From NCBI GenBank assembly GCA_963753345.1, contig CAVWBU010000023.1:1-64000 (forward strand): 64,000 bases of DNA. Reading direction: 5' to 3'. The DNA comes from an uncultured Fibrobacterota bacterium (GTDB taxonomy: Bacteria; Fibrobacterota; Chitinivibrionia; Chitinivibrionales; FEN-1185). Positions 1 through 10,471 of this stretch are shown here, piece after piece (position 1 is the first letter of the stretch; every line of letters begins with the position of its first letter). Below the pieces are notes generated by a model. That model was not told where the DNA came from. It did not search any database and saw only the letters and a list, made by a program, of their open reading frames with translations. Both the position numbers and the translations under genes were made by a program.

Positions 1-2
1 TC

Positions 3-89
3 GGCACATTCCCCTGCCACATCGCAACGCTGCCGGTGGCGGTGTCGCTGTCGTGCCACGCGGCACGGCTTGCGGGAATATCGCTGTAA
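3..89 (+). CDS. 3' end of Fe-S hydro-lyase (fumarate hydratase/tartrate dehydratase) alpha subunit, partial
   Basis: Frame 3 reads GTFPCHIATLPVAVSLSCHAARLAGISL*, the typical alpha-subunit C-terminus; the beta subunit follows. Confidence 0.85.
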   Translation, partial: GTFPCHIATLPVAVSLSCHAARLAGISL

Positions 90-128
90 GAAGTTGGAAG
101 CTGACAGTTGACGGTTGACAGTTGACGG
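90..128 (+). repeat. Heptamer tandem repeat (GTTGACA/GTTGACG)
   Basis: gaagttggaagctgacagttgacggttgacagttgac; near-identical array at 38652-38686. Confidence 0.8.
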
Positions 129-193
129 ACAGACACCGCGGGGTGCCTTGTCAAATCAGACAGAAGCTAGGCTGGGGCCTCCTGGAATCCATC

Positions 194-760
194 ATGAAAA
201 AGCCCATTCGCATACTCACTCCCCCGCTTTCCCGCAGTGTTGTCACGTCCCTGCGTGCAGGCGACGAAGTTTTAATCACCGGCACCATTTACACCGCGCG
301 CGACGCGGCGCACAAACGGTTCATGGAACTTCTGTCGCGCGGCAGGAAACTTCCCCTTGACTTGCGCGGACAGATCCTCTATTACACCGGCCCCACGCCG
401 GTGAATCCGAAGACCGGCCGATTCAGCGCAGGCCCCACCACAAGCTCGCGCATGGACGCCTTCACGCCGCTCCTGCTTGCAAGAACCGGATTGGCAGGCA
501 TGATCGGAAAAGGCAACAGGAGCCCGGCCGTAGTTGACGCAATGAGAAAGCATTGCGCAGTCTATTTCGCCGCCGGCGGCGGCCTGGGCGCGCTGCTCGG
601 GAAATGCGTTATGAGGTCGCGGGTGGTGTGCTACGATGACCTCGGACCCGAGGCGGTGTACCAATTGGAGGTGGAGAATTTTCCCGTGATTGTGGCAATT
701 GACAGCAGGGGAAACAATCTGTACGAAGCGGGGCGGAAGAGGTATCAAGAAGAGAGTTGA
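194..760 (+). CDS. Fe-S hydro-lyase (fumarate hydratase) beta subunit
   Basis: GTIYTARDAAHKR, AGPTTSSRMD, GMIGKG, DLGPEAV and VAIDSRG motifs; ATG at 194. Confidence 0.92.
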   Translation: MKKPIRILTPPLSRSVVTSLRAGDEVLITGTIYTARDAAHKRFMELLSRGRKLPLDLRGQILYYTGPTPVNPKTGRFSAGPTTSSRMDAFTPLLLARTGLAGMIGKGNRSPAVVDAMRKHCAVYFAAGGGLGALLGKCVMRSRVVCYDDLGPEAVYQLEVENFPVIVAIDSRGNNLYEAGRKRYQEES

Positions 761-891
761 AGGTTTAAAGTTGAAAGTTGGAAGCAAATAAATTCCAGCC
801 GAGGCAACACCTGAAAATCCTGGCAATATGTGAACCTTAAGATCCGCCCTATTCCGTCATACTTTCAACTTCCAACCTTCAACTTTCAACT
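755..891. repeat. Two inverted heptamer arrays (AAGTTGA-like, 755-785 and 862-891) at convergent gene ends
   Basis: agttgaaggtttaaagttgaaagttgg versus ctttcaacttccaaccttcaactttcaact. Confidence 0.75.
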
Positions 892-1505
892 TGTTTTTGT
901 AAAGACCATTCCGAGCAATATAGCGTAACACTCCCGCAGGGACCAGGTGCTCGCACGAGTAGCCCTTGGCAAGGTACCGCCGGATCATGGTTGAACTGAG
1001 CGCCCATTCCGGTGAGGGAAACGTCTTGATGACGGCGTCTCCGAGTTCCTCGGGTACGTGCAGGGAATGGCCCGGCCGGTGCGCGACGCACAGCGTGACG
1101 CCCGCGAGTATTTCCCGGTAGCGGTTCCAGGTGACGATCTCGCCGAGATTATCCGACCCTATTATAAAGTAGAGCGGCCTGCCGTGATGCCGCGCCCTTA
1201 TCTCCCCTATGGTGTCCACCGAGTACGAGACGCCGTCACGCCTGATTTCGCCGTCCCACACGACAAGCGTCGGCGATCCCTTTACGGCCAGCTTCGTCAT
1301 GGCAAGCCGGTGCGCCGGACTTGTCGCGCCGGATTCGTATTTGTGCGGCGGGTATTCCCGACGGGACAAGGTACACTTTTCCGAGCCCGAAATAGTCGCG
1401 CGCGAGGCAGGCGGCCGCGCAATGGCCGTTGTGGATGGGATCGAACATGCCGCCGAGGATGCCGAGCGGCGGGCGGGACGGCCTTGCTTTGCGAGAATCC
1501 TTCAT
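857..1505 (-). CDS. nadD: Nicotinate-nucleotide adenylyltransferase, frameshift at ~1352 (probable sequence error)
   Basis: GILGGMFDPIHNGH in one frame joins PPHK...YFIIGSD...SSTMIR in another; one extra C in a CCC run. Confidence 0.9.
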
Positions 1506-1534
1506 GGGGGCACCACCGGCGATGAGCCGCGCCG

Positions 1535-2287
1535 CTACTTTGCGGACACTTTCGACTGCAAAAGCTGCGCCTTTTTCAGGATGGCCTCGTCCTTGGTCTG
1601 GTGCGAAAGGTCTTCGAGAACCGCGGCGGCCTCCGCCGCCCTGTTCGTCTTGATGAGGTCCTCGGCCGTTCCCAGCAGAGCCTGCGGAACAAACTTGCAT
1701 TGCGGGTATTCGCTGATGAGCAGCTTGTAATAGACCACCGCCGCATCGTACTGTTCGATCTGCTCGTAGAACCTGGCGGCCTGGAATTCCTTTTCCGCGA
1801 ATTTCGCGTCGGCCTTTGCAATGTACTCTCGCGCGCTGTCGGCGAGCGGGCTCCTGGGATACGTCTCGACGAAATCCTTCAGCCTGGACTGCGCATCCCT
1901 TGTCGAAGCCTGGTCGAGTTCCACGTCGGGCGACGAAAGGAACATTGCGTATCCGACAAGGTAATACGATTCCTCGTAAAACGGCGAACTGGGGTAGGTC
2001 TGCACGATGCGGTCGAACTCGGTCTTGGCCTCCGCGTATTTCTTGAGCGCAAGGAGCGACTTTGCCTGGTAATACAGCATCGAATCAAACGCGTTGTGAC
2101 CGGGGCATTGCAGGAGCACGTCGGTGAGGATGCTGGTGACATCAACGTATTTCTTCTTGTTGTACTTTTCCACGGCCTTTGCGAGCTGGCCGCTGCAGTC
2201 GTACAGCTTCTTGGGCTTTGCCGATGCAGAAAAGGCTATCGCTGCAATGAGGAGAAAAAGACAAGCGCGGCGCACACAAGTGTTCAT
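1535..2287 (-). CDS. bamD: Outer membrane protein assembly factor BamD
   Basis: Signal peptide, TPR repeats, ELDQASTRDA...YPRS and KFAEKEFQAARFY motifs. Confidence 0.85.
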   Translation of the reverse strand: MNTCVRRACLFLLIAAIAFSASAKPKKLYDCSGQLAKAVEKYNKKKYVDVTSILTDVLLQCPGHNAFDSMLYYQAKSLLALKKYAEAKTEFDRIVQTYPSSPFYEESYYLVGYAMFLSSPDVELDQASTRDAQSRLKDFVETYPRSPLADSAREYIAKADAKFAEKEFQAARFYEQIEQYDAAVVYYKLLISEYPQCKFVPQALLGTAEDLIKTNRAAEAAAVLEDLSHQTKDEAILKKAQLLQSKVSAK

Positions 2288-2404
2288 TGCGTATCCTGTT
2301 TTCGTAAATGTTTCCTAAGATTACGTATTGCAAAATACTTTGTACGCGGGAAAAATCGAGGATAAATCTTATAGCATATAAAAGAGAATTAAGATTTGCT
2401 GGGC

Positions 2405-3075
2405 GGGGGAAGTTTCCCCCTCGCTGCGGCCCGGTCGCGCCGCTTTACAATCAAGAAACATGAATTTGCGCGACCGGTCCTCCGCTACCCCCTCTTGGGT
2501 GCACCCCAAGAGGAAGCGGTTACAGAACCTGGCACCTGTGTGGGGGCACCCACGAAGAGCAGTTGTACAGGTCGAATTCCTCGCTTTGTAACTTTGCGAG
2601 CGGAGCGAAGCAATCTTCTGATTTTTCAGAATAAAAAATTCCGTTCGCCTCATCCCCAACCCTTCTCCACAGCGTGGAGAAGGGAGTTTCAAGCATACTG
2701 TTTTTTATGTTTCCCCTCTCCACCTGTGGAGAGGGGTGGCCGCTATGGCGGCCGGGGTGAGGCGACGGTCCTGAGAATTGAAGAACCCCGCCCCAAGTGG
2801 CGGGGATTCTTCCATAGCTAAGGAAATAGAATAACAAATATTCGCCCGCTAACCCCGCGCCAAGTCGCGGGGAATGCGCGGGCTGTGCTATTCAACATAG
2901 CGCAAGTATTACTCCTTGACAAAACAGATTTCTTTTGCCGCGCGTTAGGTGGACCGCAGGGTGAGCCAGAGCGAATTGCCGGCCGACCCTCGCCGCAGGC
3001 GACTAGGGCGGTCCGGCAACGAGGCGAACAGCCGAGCCCGGAGGGAGACCGACCCCGCGAAGTGGGGGAACGCCC
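2405..3075 (+). repeat. Bipartite element copy 1: B (2405-2565), nested palindromic repeats, A (2916-3075)
   Basis: Matches the other B and A copies in the window; multiple hairpins. Confidence 0.9.
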
Positions 3076-3134
3076 GGATTCTTCTTATTTAGCCTTTGGA
3101 TTAATATTTCAAGGAGGTATTTTACAAGGCAACC

Positions 3135-5747
3135 ATGATCCTTTACAGATACATCATCAGGGAACACATCCTCCCGTTTTTCTACTCGCTCGGGATCCTG
3201 ATTTTCATTTTCGCGATGCAGCTTGCGGTGCAGCTTTTGCCGAGCATCATTGCCAAGGGCCTCAACCCGGGCGTCGTGTTCGAGATTTTCCTCATCAATA
3301 TAGCGTGGGTCGTCGCGCTTGCCATTCCCATGTCGATCCTTGTATCCACGCTCATGGCGTTCGGCCAGATGTCGGGCGACAACGAGATCATGGCGATAAA
3401 GGCGTCGGGCCACAATCTTACCTTCCTCCTCGCGCCGGTGCTCGCGGCGGCATGCGTGTTCACCGTGGTCACCACCTATTTCAACAACGACATCCTTCCG
3501 GACGCCAACCACCGCGCCGCGAACCTCCTTACCGACATCTCCCGCAAGAAACCGGCGGCACTCATAGAACCGGGCGTGCTCATCACCTCGTTTGAGAATT
3601 ACGCCCTGTTCGTAAAAAAGGTGAACGCGCAGTCCGGCGAACTCCGGGACGTCAAGATTTTCTCGCAGGTCCCCGGCGAAGACCCGTCGACCACCGTGGC
3701 CGAGCGCGGCACCCTCACCATGACAAAGGACGAAAAGCTGCTCAAGCTCACGCTGTACAACGGCGAGACCCACCGGCAGAACTCGAAGAGCAAAAGGGAA
3801 TACTTTGTGGCGCGCTTCCGCAGCCAGGTGTCCTTTATCAAGAACGTTGACACCGAACTGCGACGTACCAACAGCAGCTACCGCGGCGACCGCGAGAAGA
3901 GTTCGGCAATGATGCTGGGCGAGGTCGCCCAGTACCGGCAGGCCAAGGATTCCTACCTTAAGAGCTTTAGGGCAAGCATCGACTCCGCGCTCGTCCGCAT
4001 CGATTCGGTCGAGCGGCTCGCCGCGCGCCCCGCGCGCTCCGATTCCGCGGCGCGCACGGACTCGGCAGCGGATTCGTCCCACACCGTTGCCGCCTGGTTC
4101 TCGCAGTTCAGGTCGCCGGGCGCGCGGGAAACCGCCGCCTCGGCGGCGCGGCTCGAACACAGCACGGCGTCTCGGCTTGTCTCGCAGATAAAGTACCAGG
4201 AAACCAAGATAAGCCAGCTTATGGTGGAGGTGCACAAAAAGTTCTCCATCCCGGTCGCCTGCATCGTGTTCGTGCTCATCGGCGCGCCGCTCGGGATCAT
4301 GGCGAAGCGGGGCGGCCTCATGGTCGCCGCGGCATACAGCCTCTTTTTCTTCATTGTCTACTGGGCTTTTCTCATCGGCGGCGAATCGCTCGCCGACTCG
4401 TGCGTGATCTCGCCGTTCGCCGCCATGTGGACCGCGAACATCGTGATCGGCGCCTGCGGCCTTATCCTGCTCTTTCTCATGACAAAAGAGACGAAGTTCA
4501 TCTCCTTCGCGTTCTTTGGGAAATTCTATCACGCCGTGTTCGGCAGACATTCGACGGCCATGCGGCGGGTGGCGCCGCGGGGCGTCTTGAGCGGCGCGCG
4601 CGCGGCGGCGGCATGGTGCGCGAACCTCCCCTTTCGGCTCCTCAACAGAATCGCCGGAAGGCTGCCCACGTATCTTATCCGTAAATTCGCGGGATACTTT
4701 GTGGGTCTGTTTTTCGTCATCGTGATCATCTTCGTGGTGGTGGACTACGTATCGAACCTCAAACGGTTCGAAGGCGTGTCGTTTGTGACGGTGGCGCTTT
4801 TCTACTGGTACTACCTCCCGTGGCTCTTCGGCTTCGTGTTCCCCATTGTCATTCTGCTGTCGACCATGTCGGCAATCGGATCCATGGCCCGCCAGAACGA
4901 GCTCACGGCGATCAAAGCCGCAGGCGTCAACGTGCGCCAACTCGCCACGCCGCTCATGGCGCTCGGGGTACTGCTCGCGGCGTTCGGCTTTTACATAAGC
5001 GAAGGCGTGCTCCCGAAGGCGAACACCGCGCGAAGGGAACTCACCGAGCGGATGGGCGACGACCACGCCGCGCAGGCGCACAGCGCCCCGGCCGCGCGGC
5101 CGCAGGAATACCGCCGCAACTTTTACTATTTCGGCGACAACAGAAACATCTATTTTTTCGGGGAGTTCCGCACCGAGCCGCTGTACACCCGCAACGTGTG
5201 GCGCGAGACGTTCGACGGGCCCCGCATCATCAGGCGGATCTCGGCCGACGCGGCCGACTTCCGGAACGGACACTGGTCTTTTGTCAAGGGTTCGCTGCGG
5301 ACGTTCCTGAAGGACTCGGTGGCAATGACGACCTTCGACATCCTTGCCGACACGATTCTTACGGCGCGGCCGCAGGACATGGTGGCGCAGATACGCAGCC
5401 CCGAGGAAATGAGCTACTGGGAGCTCACGAGCTTCGTCGACAAGGCGCGGCGCCGCGGTGAAGACGTTTCGAAGTGGCGGGCGCAGCTCGATTTCAAGAT
5501 CGCGCTGCCGTTTTCGATCCTTATCGTGATCCTGCTCGGCATTTCCATCTCGGCACGCGTGGGAAGGAAAGGAGGCGCGGTCTTGTTCGGGATCGGTCTT
5601 ATGCTGTGTTTCTCCTACTGGATCATTTCCCAGTTCGCAATCGCCTTCGCGCAGAACGGGCAGTTGTCCCCAATCGTGGGCGCGTGGTTCGGCAATTGGC
5701 TGTTCCTCGGCATCGCCCTGCCGCTGTTCAGGAAGGCCTCGCAGTGA
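3135..5747 (+). CDS. Fused LptF-LptG LPS export permease (870 aa)
   Basis: Two permease halves: MILYRYI...DNEIMAIKASG...EVHKKFSIP and LPTYLIRKF...QNELTAIKAAG...KIALPFS; RBS aggagg. Confidence 0.9.
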   Translation: MILYRYIIREHILPFFYSLGILIFIFAMQLAVQLLPSIIAKGLNPGVVFEIFLINIAWVVALAIPMSILVSTLMAFGQMSGDNEIMAIKASGHNLTFLLAPVLAAACVFTVVTTYFNNDILPDANHRAANLLTDISRKKPAALIEPGVLITSFENYALFVKKVNAQSGELRDVKIFSQVPGEDPSTTVAERGTLTMTKDEKLLKLTLYNGETHRQNSKSKREYFVARFRSQVSFIKNVDTELRRTNSSYRGDREKSSAMMLGEVAQYRQAKDSYLKSFRASIDSALVRIDSVERLAARPARSDSAARTDSAADSSHTVAAWFSQFRSPGARETAASAARLEHSTASRLVSQIKYQETKISQLMVEVHKKFSIPVACIVFVLIGAPLGIMAKRGGLMVAAAYSLFFFIVYWAFLIGGESLADSCVISPFAAMWTANIVIGACGLILLFLMTKETKFISFAFFGKFYHAVFGRHSTAMRRVAPRGVLSGARAAAAWCANLPFRLLNRIAGRLPTYLIRKFAGYFVGLFFVIVIIFVVVDYVSNLKRFEGVSFVTVALFYWYYLPWLFGFVFPIVILLSTMSAIGSMARQNELTAIKAAGVNVRQLATPLMALGVLLAAFGFYISEGVLPKANTARRELTERMGDDHAAQAHSAPAARPQEYRRNFYYFGDNRNIYFFGEFRTEPLYTRNVWRETFDGPRIIRRISADAADFRNGHWSFVKGSLRTFLKDSVAMTTFDILADTILTARPQDMVAQIRSPEEMSYWELTSFVDKARRRGEDVSKWRAQLDFKIALPFSILIVILLGISISARVGRKGGAVLFGIGLMLCFSYWIISQFAIAFAQNGQLSPIVGAWFGNWLFLGIALPLFRKASQ

Positions 5748-6145
5748 CCGCCGCGCCGAAAAAGAAGGTGCTCGTCGTGGACGACAGCCACGACGCTCTC
5801 GACCTGCTCGAGGTTTTCCTGTACGGAACGTACGAGGTGACGACCGCGCTCAACGGGTTCGAGGGCCTCAGGGCCGCGCGCGAAACCGCGCCCGACCTCG
5901 TCATCACCGACATCATGATGCCGGTGGTTGACGGCATCAAGCTGCTGAGCAGCCTTCGCGAGGACCAGAAGACCGCCCGCATTCCCGTTATCGCAACCAC
6001 CTCGTTCATCAAAAAATCGAACGTCAAGAGCCTGCTTTCCCTCGGGTTCTCGGCCGTGATAACCAAGCCCATCGACAGGAACGCGATCGTCGATGCGGTG
6101 GGAAAGGCGCTCGCGCAGCGCCCTGCGGAGGCGGGTGAAACCTAA
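5744..6145 (+). CDS. Single-domain response regulator (CheY-like)
   Basis: VLVVDDS, DLVITDIMMPVVDG and ITKP motifs; GTG overlaps the upstream stop. Confidence 0.9.
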   Translation: MTAAPKKKVLVVDDSHDALDLLEVFLYGTYEVTTALNGFEGLRAARETAPDLVITDIMMPVVDGIKLLSSLREDQKTARIPVIATTSFIKKSNVKSLLSLGFSAVITKPIDRNAIVDAVGKALAQRPAEAGET

Positions 6146-7898
6146 ACAAAGAGGAATCCTCTGGGCGCTGGCCCTTGTGGTGTTCGGGCTGGTCTTCCAC
6201 CTTTGCGGCGGCGGGCTCGGCGCCGCGGGCACGCCTCTTGCGCTTGTCGCGGCGGCCCTGGTGCTCGCGATCGCTTTTGTAAAGAAGCGCCGCGAGCCTG
6301 TAACAGGCGCGGACGAGGCCGGCGGCGTGTCGCAGCAGGCCCGCAGGATAGAGACTGAAGTGGACGGCGAGACCGCGCGCATCGGCGTGAGCGTCCTCGG
6401 CGCCACCTACCGCAAGGAGCAGTGGAAGTCCGTCGAGCTCGCGGTCGACGCCATCCTCGAGACCTTTCTCCGGCTCATGCGCCGCAGGCTCGACGCGCAC
6501 ACCATTGCCGTGCTCTTCCCCACCGAAGACGGCGGCTACACCCTTCGCAAGTACGATTCGAAAAGCGACTGCATCAACGCGGCCGCCGTCATCTACCCGG
6601 GCAAGGGAGTTCTGGGCAGCTTTCTCAAGGACGGACTCAAGCAGCTCAACCTGCACGAAATCGTGAGCGACAGCGTCACCCTCCACTACTACACGCGCGA
6701 CGCCGGCATCCGTTCCCTCATGGCAAGCCCGATTGACACCGGCGACGGCGTGGAACGCGGCACCGTGATTGTCGACAGCACCGAGCCCAAACACTTTTCC
6801 GACGACGACCACGCCTACCTGGCGACCGTAGCGCGCCTGATCGGCCTGTCGGTCTATTACGCCTACGTCGGCAACGCGCACCGGCTCTCGCACCAGCGCA
6901 TCGCGGCCATGAGCACCATCGAGAAGGACTTCTTCCAGAACCTGGAAATCGACGCGATCATCAACAGGATGATAGAAATCATCCCGTTTGCCATCGACTG
7001 CGACCGTATAACGCTCAGCCTCCGCAACCCGGACGCGAAGACGGCCACGGTACGCCGGGCCTGGGGCGTGGAAGCCGATGCATTTTCGGGGATTACGTTT
7101 TCCCTGGAAGGCAAATCGCTCGTGAGCCTCCTGTACGCGAAGAACATGGCGTTCTCCCGCAATTTCACCGAAGACCGATCCGAGGTCCGCTATGCCGAGG
7201 GCGAGCCGGGCGGGGGCGGCATGCAGTCGTTCCTTGCCTTTCCCATCGGCGTGGGCGGATGCAGGGGCGCGGTCCTTCTGGAATCAACGAAAAAAAACGC
7301 ATTCTCCAATCCCAACAACGAGCTTCTCGCGCGCATCGCCACGTCGGCGGGATTGGCCATAGAGAAGCTGCAGCTGCTCGAGCAGGCGCAGAACCTTGCC
7401 ACGCACGACGGCCTCACCGGCCTCATCAACCACCGCGAGTTCCAGTCGGCGCTCAAAAACGAAATCACGCGCTCCATCCGCTACGGGGAGCCGCTCTCGC
7501 TTGCGCTGGGCGACATTGATTTTTTCAAGAAAGTCAACGACACCTACGGCCATCCGTTCGGCGACGTGGTGCTCAAGGAGATTTCGTCAAAGCTTTCCGC
7601 GAACATACGGCAGGGCGTCGACATCGCGGCGCGCTACGGCGGCGAGGAATTTGCGCTCATCCTTGTCAAAACGGACGGCGATACGGCAATGGAGACCATG
7701 GAGCGGATCCGGCAGAACCTCGCCGATTCGGTGTACAAGGGGCCGCACGGCGAGGACCTCCGCGTCACCATGAGCTTCGGCATCGCGGTCTACGGCCAGC
7801 ATGCAAAACAGCTCGACCTTCTCATTTCCAAGGCCGACAAGGCGCTGTACCGCGCCAAGGAAGCCGGCCGGAACCGTGTGGAGATGCTGAGCGCATGA
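6135..7898 (+). CDS. Membrane-anchored GAF-GAF-GGDEF diguanylate cyclase
   Basis: Two N-terminal TM segments; THDGLTGLIN, DIDFFKKVNDTYGH and ARYGGEEF motifs. Confidence 0.92.
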   Translation: MKPKQRGILWALALVVFGLVFHLCGGGLGAAGTPLALVAAALVLAIAFVKKRREPVTGADEAGGVSQQARRIETEVDGETARIGVSVLGATYRKEQWKSVELAVDAILETFLRLMRRRLDAHTIAVLFPTEDGGYTLRKYDSKSDCINAAAVIYPGKGVLGSFLKDGLKQLNLHEIVSDSVTLHYYTRDAGIRSLMASPIDTGDGVERGTVIVDSTEPKHFSDDDHAYLATVARLIGLSVYYAYVGNAHRLSHQRIAAMSTIEKDFFQNLEIDAIINRMIEIIPFAIDCDRITLSLRNPDAKTATVRRAWGVEADAFSGITFSLEGKSLVSLLYAKNMAFSRNFTEDRSEVRYAEGEPGGGGMQSFLAFPIGVGGCRGAVLLESTKKNAFSNPNNELLARIATSAGLAIEKLQLLEQAQNLATHDGLTGLINHREFQSALKNEITRSIRYGEPLSLALGDIDFFKKVNDTYGHPFGDVVLKEISSKLSANIRQGVDIAARYGGEEFALILVKTDGDTAMETMERIRQNLADSVYKGPHGEDLRVTMSFGIAVYGQHAKQLDLLISKADKALYRAKEAGRNRVEMLSA

Positions 7899-8485
7899 TC
7901 TCCCTCGCCCTTGCCATCGACCATGCCTTGTTCTGTTTTGTAAACTCGCACCACGCGCCGTTCTGGGACGGTTTCTTCTGGATTGCCACGTGGCTCGGCA
8001 ACGGGTGGGTCGTCACGCCGCTGCTTCTCGGCATCACCCTGCTCGCGGTCCCGTGGAAAAAATACCGTCTGTTCTTCGTGTTCGCGGCGGGCGGCATGAT
8101 TCTTTCGAGCGTCGTCAACACCCAGATAAAGGACAACGTGCAGCGGCCGCGGCCCATCGGCTATTTCGCAACCCACAGGTCCGCGAGCCCGGCGGCCGTG
8201 AACGGAACCTATGTCGTCCACGTCGTGGGCGAGCCGCTGGCGTGCAGGTCGTTTCCCTCGGGCCACAGCAACACCGCGTTCTGCGGCGCGTGCGTGCTTG
8301 CCTTCTTTCTCGGCGGATGGTACTGGTTCGCATTTGTCCCGGCGTTTGTCGTCGCGTATTCGCGCGTGTACCTGGGCGCGCATTTCCCGCTTGACGCGGC
8401 CGCGGGCGCGGCCATCGCCCTGGCCGTTATGGCGGGGGCGCTCGCCGGCTACCGCTTCACCCTTCACGCTCTGGAGAAAAAATGA
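7895..8485 (+). CDS. PAP2-family phosphatase
   Basis: K...RPRP, SFPSGH and SRVYLGAHFPLD motifs. Confidence 0.92.
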   Translation: MISLALAIDHALFCFVNSHHAPFWDGFFWIATWLGNGWVVTPLLLGITLLAVPWKKYRLFFVFAAGGMILSSVVNTQIKDNVQRPRPIGYFATHRSASPAAVNGTYVVHVVGEPLACRSFPSGHSNTAFCGACVLAFFLGGWYWFAFVPAFVVAYSRVYLGAHFPLDAAAGAAIALAVMAGALAGYRFTLHALEKK

Positions 8486-9262
8486 TTCTCGGAAAGAAAG
8501 TGGCCGTGGTCCTTCCCGCCTACAACGCGGAAAAGACCCTGCGCAGCACCTACGACGAAATCCCCAGGGACATTGTTGACGAAGTGATACTCGTGGACGA
8601 CGCAAGCAGGGACCACACCGTGGCCGTGGCAAAGGCCATCGGCATACGGCATGTGTTGCAGCACGAAAAGAACCGCGGCTACGGCGCGAACCAGAAGACC
8701 TGCTACGCAAAGGCGCTTGAGATCGGCGCGGACATCGTGGTGATGCTCCACCCGGACTACCAGTACACGCCGAGGCTCATTCCCGCAATGGTCGAGCATT
8801 ATCGCGGGCGGCCTGTATCCGGTCGTGCTCGGCTCGCGCATTCTGGGCAACGGCGCGCGCAGCGGCGGCATGCCGTTTTACAAATACACAGCCAACCGTT
8901 TCCTCACGCTTGCGCAAAACATCCTTATGGGCCAGAAGCTCTCCGAATACCACACCGGCTACCGCGCGTTCTCGCGCGAGGTGCTGGAATCGGTCAACTG
9001 GAAGGACAATTCCGACGATTTCGTATTTGACAACCAGATGCTCGCGCAGATCTGCTTTGCCGGGTTCCCGATCGCGGAAGTGACGTGCCCCACAAAGTAT
9101 TTCAGGGAAGCGTCGTCGATAAATTTTGTGAGGAGCGTGAAGTACGGGTTGGGAGTGCTGAGCGTGGCGGTGGGATACAGGATGGAGAAGTGGGGGTTGG
9201 GGAAACGGGGGATGTTTAACCCCCAAGGGCCCGGAAGCACAAACCAGGTCAAATCCCGCTGA
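8482..9262 (+). CDS. GT2 (DPM1-like) glycosyltransferase, frameshift at ~8794
   Basis: VVLPAYN, VDDAS and HPDYQY in one frame continue as VLGSR...EYHTGYRAF...FVFDNQML in another. Confidence 0.88.
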
Positions 9263-10466
9263 CCGGTATTGCCCGAGAAGACCGGTCAATAGGAACGGTA
9301 TTTTCAACAAGACAGACAACCGCCCCTGCGCCGCGTTTTTGTGAGAATCTGTCGATAAGAGGAAAACTCTGCACCCACTCCTTCCTGACTGTTGCGTTTC
9401 TTTTGATTTCCACAGGATAAAGCTTGTTGTCCTGCTCAATAAGAAGGTCGATTTCCCTTCCATCCCTGTCTCGGAAGAAATAGAGTGACGGCCGGCGGGC
9501 GCAAAAAAGATGACTTTTCAGGATCTCGATCACCACAAACGTCTCGAAAATTGCACCGGACATGGCGCCCTCGCGGAGCGTTGCCGGTGAAGACCATCCT
9601 GTCAGATATGAACAAAGGCCTGTATCGACGAAATACAGCTTGGGTGTTTTTACCAGACGTTTTGTAATATTGCTGTGAAACGGCGGAAGCAGAAATACCT
9701 GAAAGCTGGCGACGAGCATCGACATCCACCGTTTTGCCGTCGCCATGTTTATGTCCACGTCCCGAGCCAGATCGGCGATATTGAGAAGTTGCCCTGTGCG
9801 CGCCGCGCATGCCTTGATAAACCTCGAAAACTGTTCAAGGTCGCCGACCTGCGCAAGGTCTCGGATGTCGCGGTGCAGATAGGTTTGCAGATAAGAACCG
9901 TAGAAAACAGACCAGTCGGTGCCGGGGTTTGCCGAAAGCGCGGGAAATGATCCGCGCCATATTTCACCGAAAATCGATGTGGGAGTATGGAGCGCCTTTC
10001 TTGCGGTTGGGCGAATGTCAAGCGACGGAATAAACGGCGCTTCCTTGCCGGCCAGACCGGATTTCTCCTTGAGCGACAGACCGAGCAGATCGATCACCGC
10101 CACCCGGCCCGCCAGTGTTTCGGAAACGCCTTTCATCATCTGGAACTGCTGCGAACCGGTGAGCCAATAGGCACCGGGCGCATGATCACGATCAATGCGC
10201 ATTTTGATAACGGGGAGCAGTTGAGGGGCGTATTGTATTTCATCGATCATCAGTGGCGGCGGAAACTGCTCAAGGAATAGATTCGGGTCTTCGATGGCGA
10301 GCGATCTGATCGACATGTCGTCGAGCGTAACTGAAGCGCGGCCTTTTTCCTTGATCTTCTGCAGCATGGTCGTCTTCCCCACCTGACGCGGGCCGGTCAG
10401 CAGAAGAGCGGGAAATTGCTTTGATAACGCAAGAAAACTGGTTTCAAGCGAACGGCGCATGTACAT
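9249..10466 (-). CDS. AAA_14/DUF4143 ATP-binding protein
   Basis: Walker A GPRQVGKT, IDEIQY, TGSQ, KTPKLYFVDTGL and EIDL...PVEIK motifs. Confidence 0.92.
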   Translation of the reverse strand: MYMRRSLETSFLALSKQFPALLLTGPRQVGKTTMLQKIKEKGRASVTLDDMSIRSLAIEDPNLFLEQFPPPLMIDEIQYAPQLLPVIKMRIDRDHAPGAYWLTGSQQFQMMKGVSETLAGRVAVIDLLGLSLKEKSGLAGKEAPFIPSLDIRPTARKALHTPTSIFGEIWRGSFPALSANPGTDWSVFYGSYLQTYLHRDIRDLAQVGDLEQFSRFIKACAARTGQLLNIADLARDVDINMATAKRWMSMLVASFQVFLLPPFHSNITKRLVKTPKLYFVDTGLCSYLTGWSSPATLREGAMSGAIFETFVVIEILKSHLFCARRPSLYFFRDRDGREIDLLIEQDNKLYPVEIKRNATVRKEWVQSFPLIDRFSQKRGAGAVVCLVENTVPIDRSSRAIPVSGI

Positions 10467-10471
10467 AATAG

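Noticed and set aside
857-1505. nadD (and GT2, PBP, lyase) as true pseudogenes or programmed frameshifts
   Set aside because: Motifs are intact, no slippery heptamers were seen, and indels are scattered across the window; assembly error is more parsimonious.
2369-3595. ORFs called over the repeat modules (2369, 2396, 2885; likewise 12021, 20326, 24812, 39532, 54962, 59223, 63145)
   Set aside because: They overlie palindromic repeats, frames are not conserved between copies, and there are no protein motifs.
3003-5273. Long antisense ORFs (also 15538-17154, 19009-20322, 22856-24217, 34500-35891, 57001-58263)
   Set aside because: These are shadow ORFs of high-GC genes on the opposite strand.
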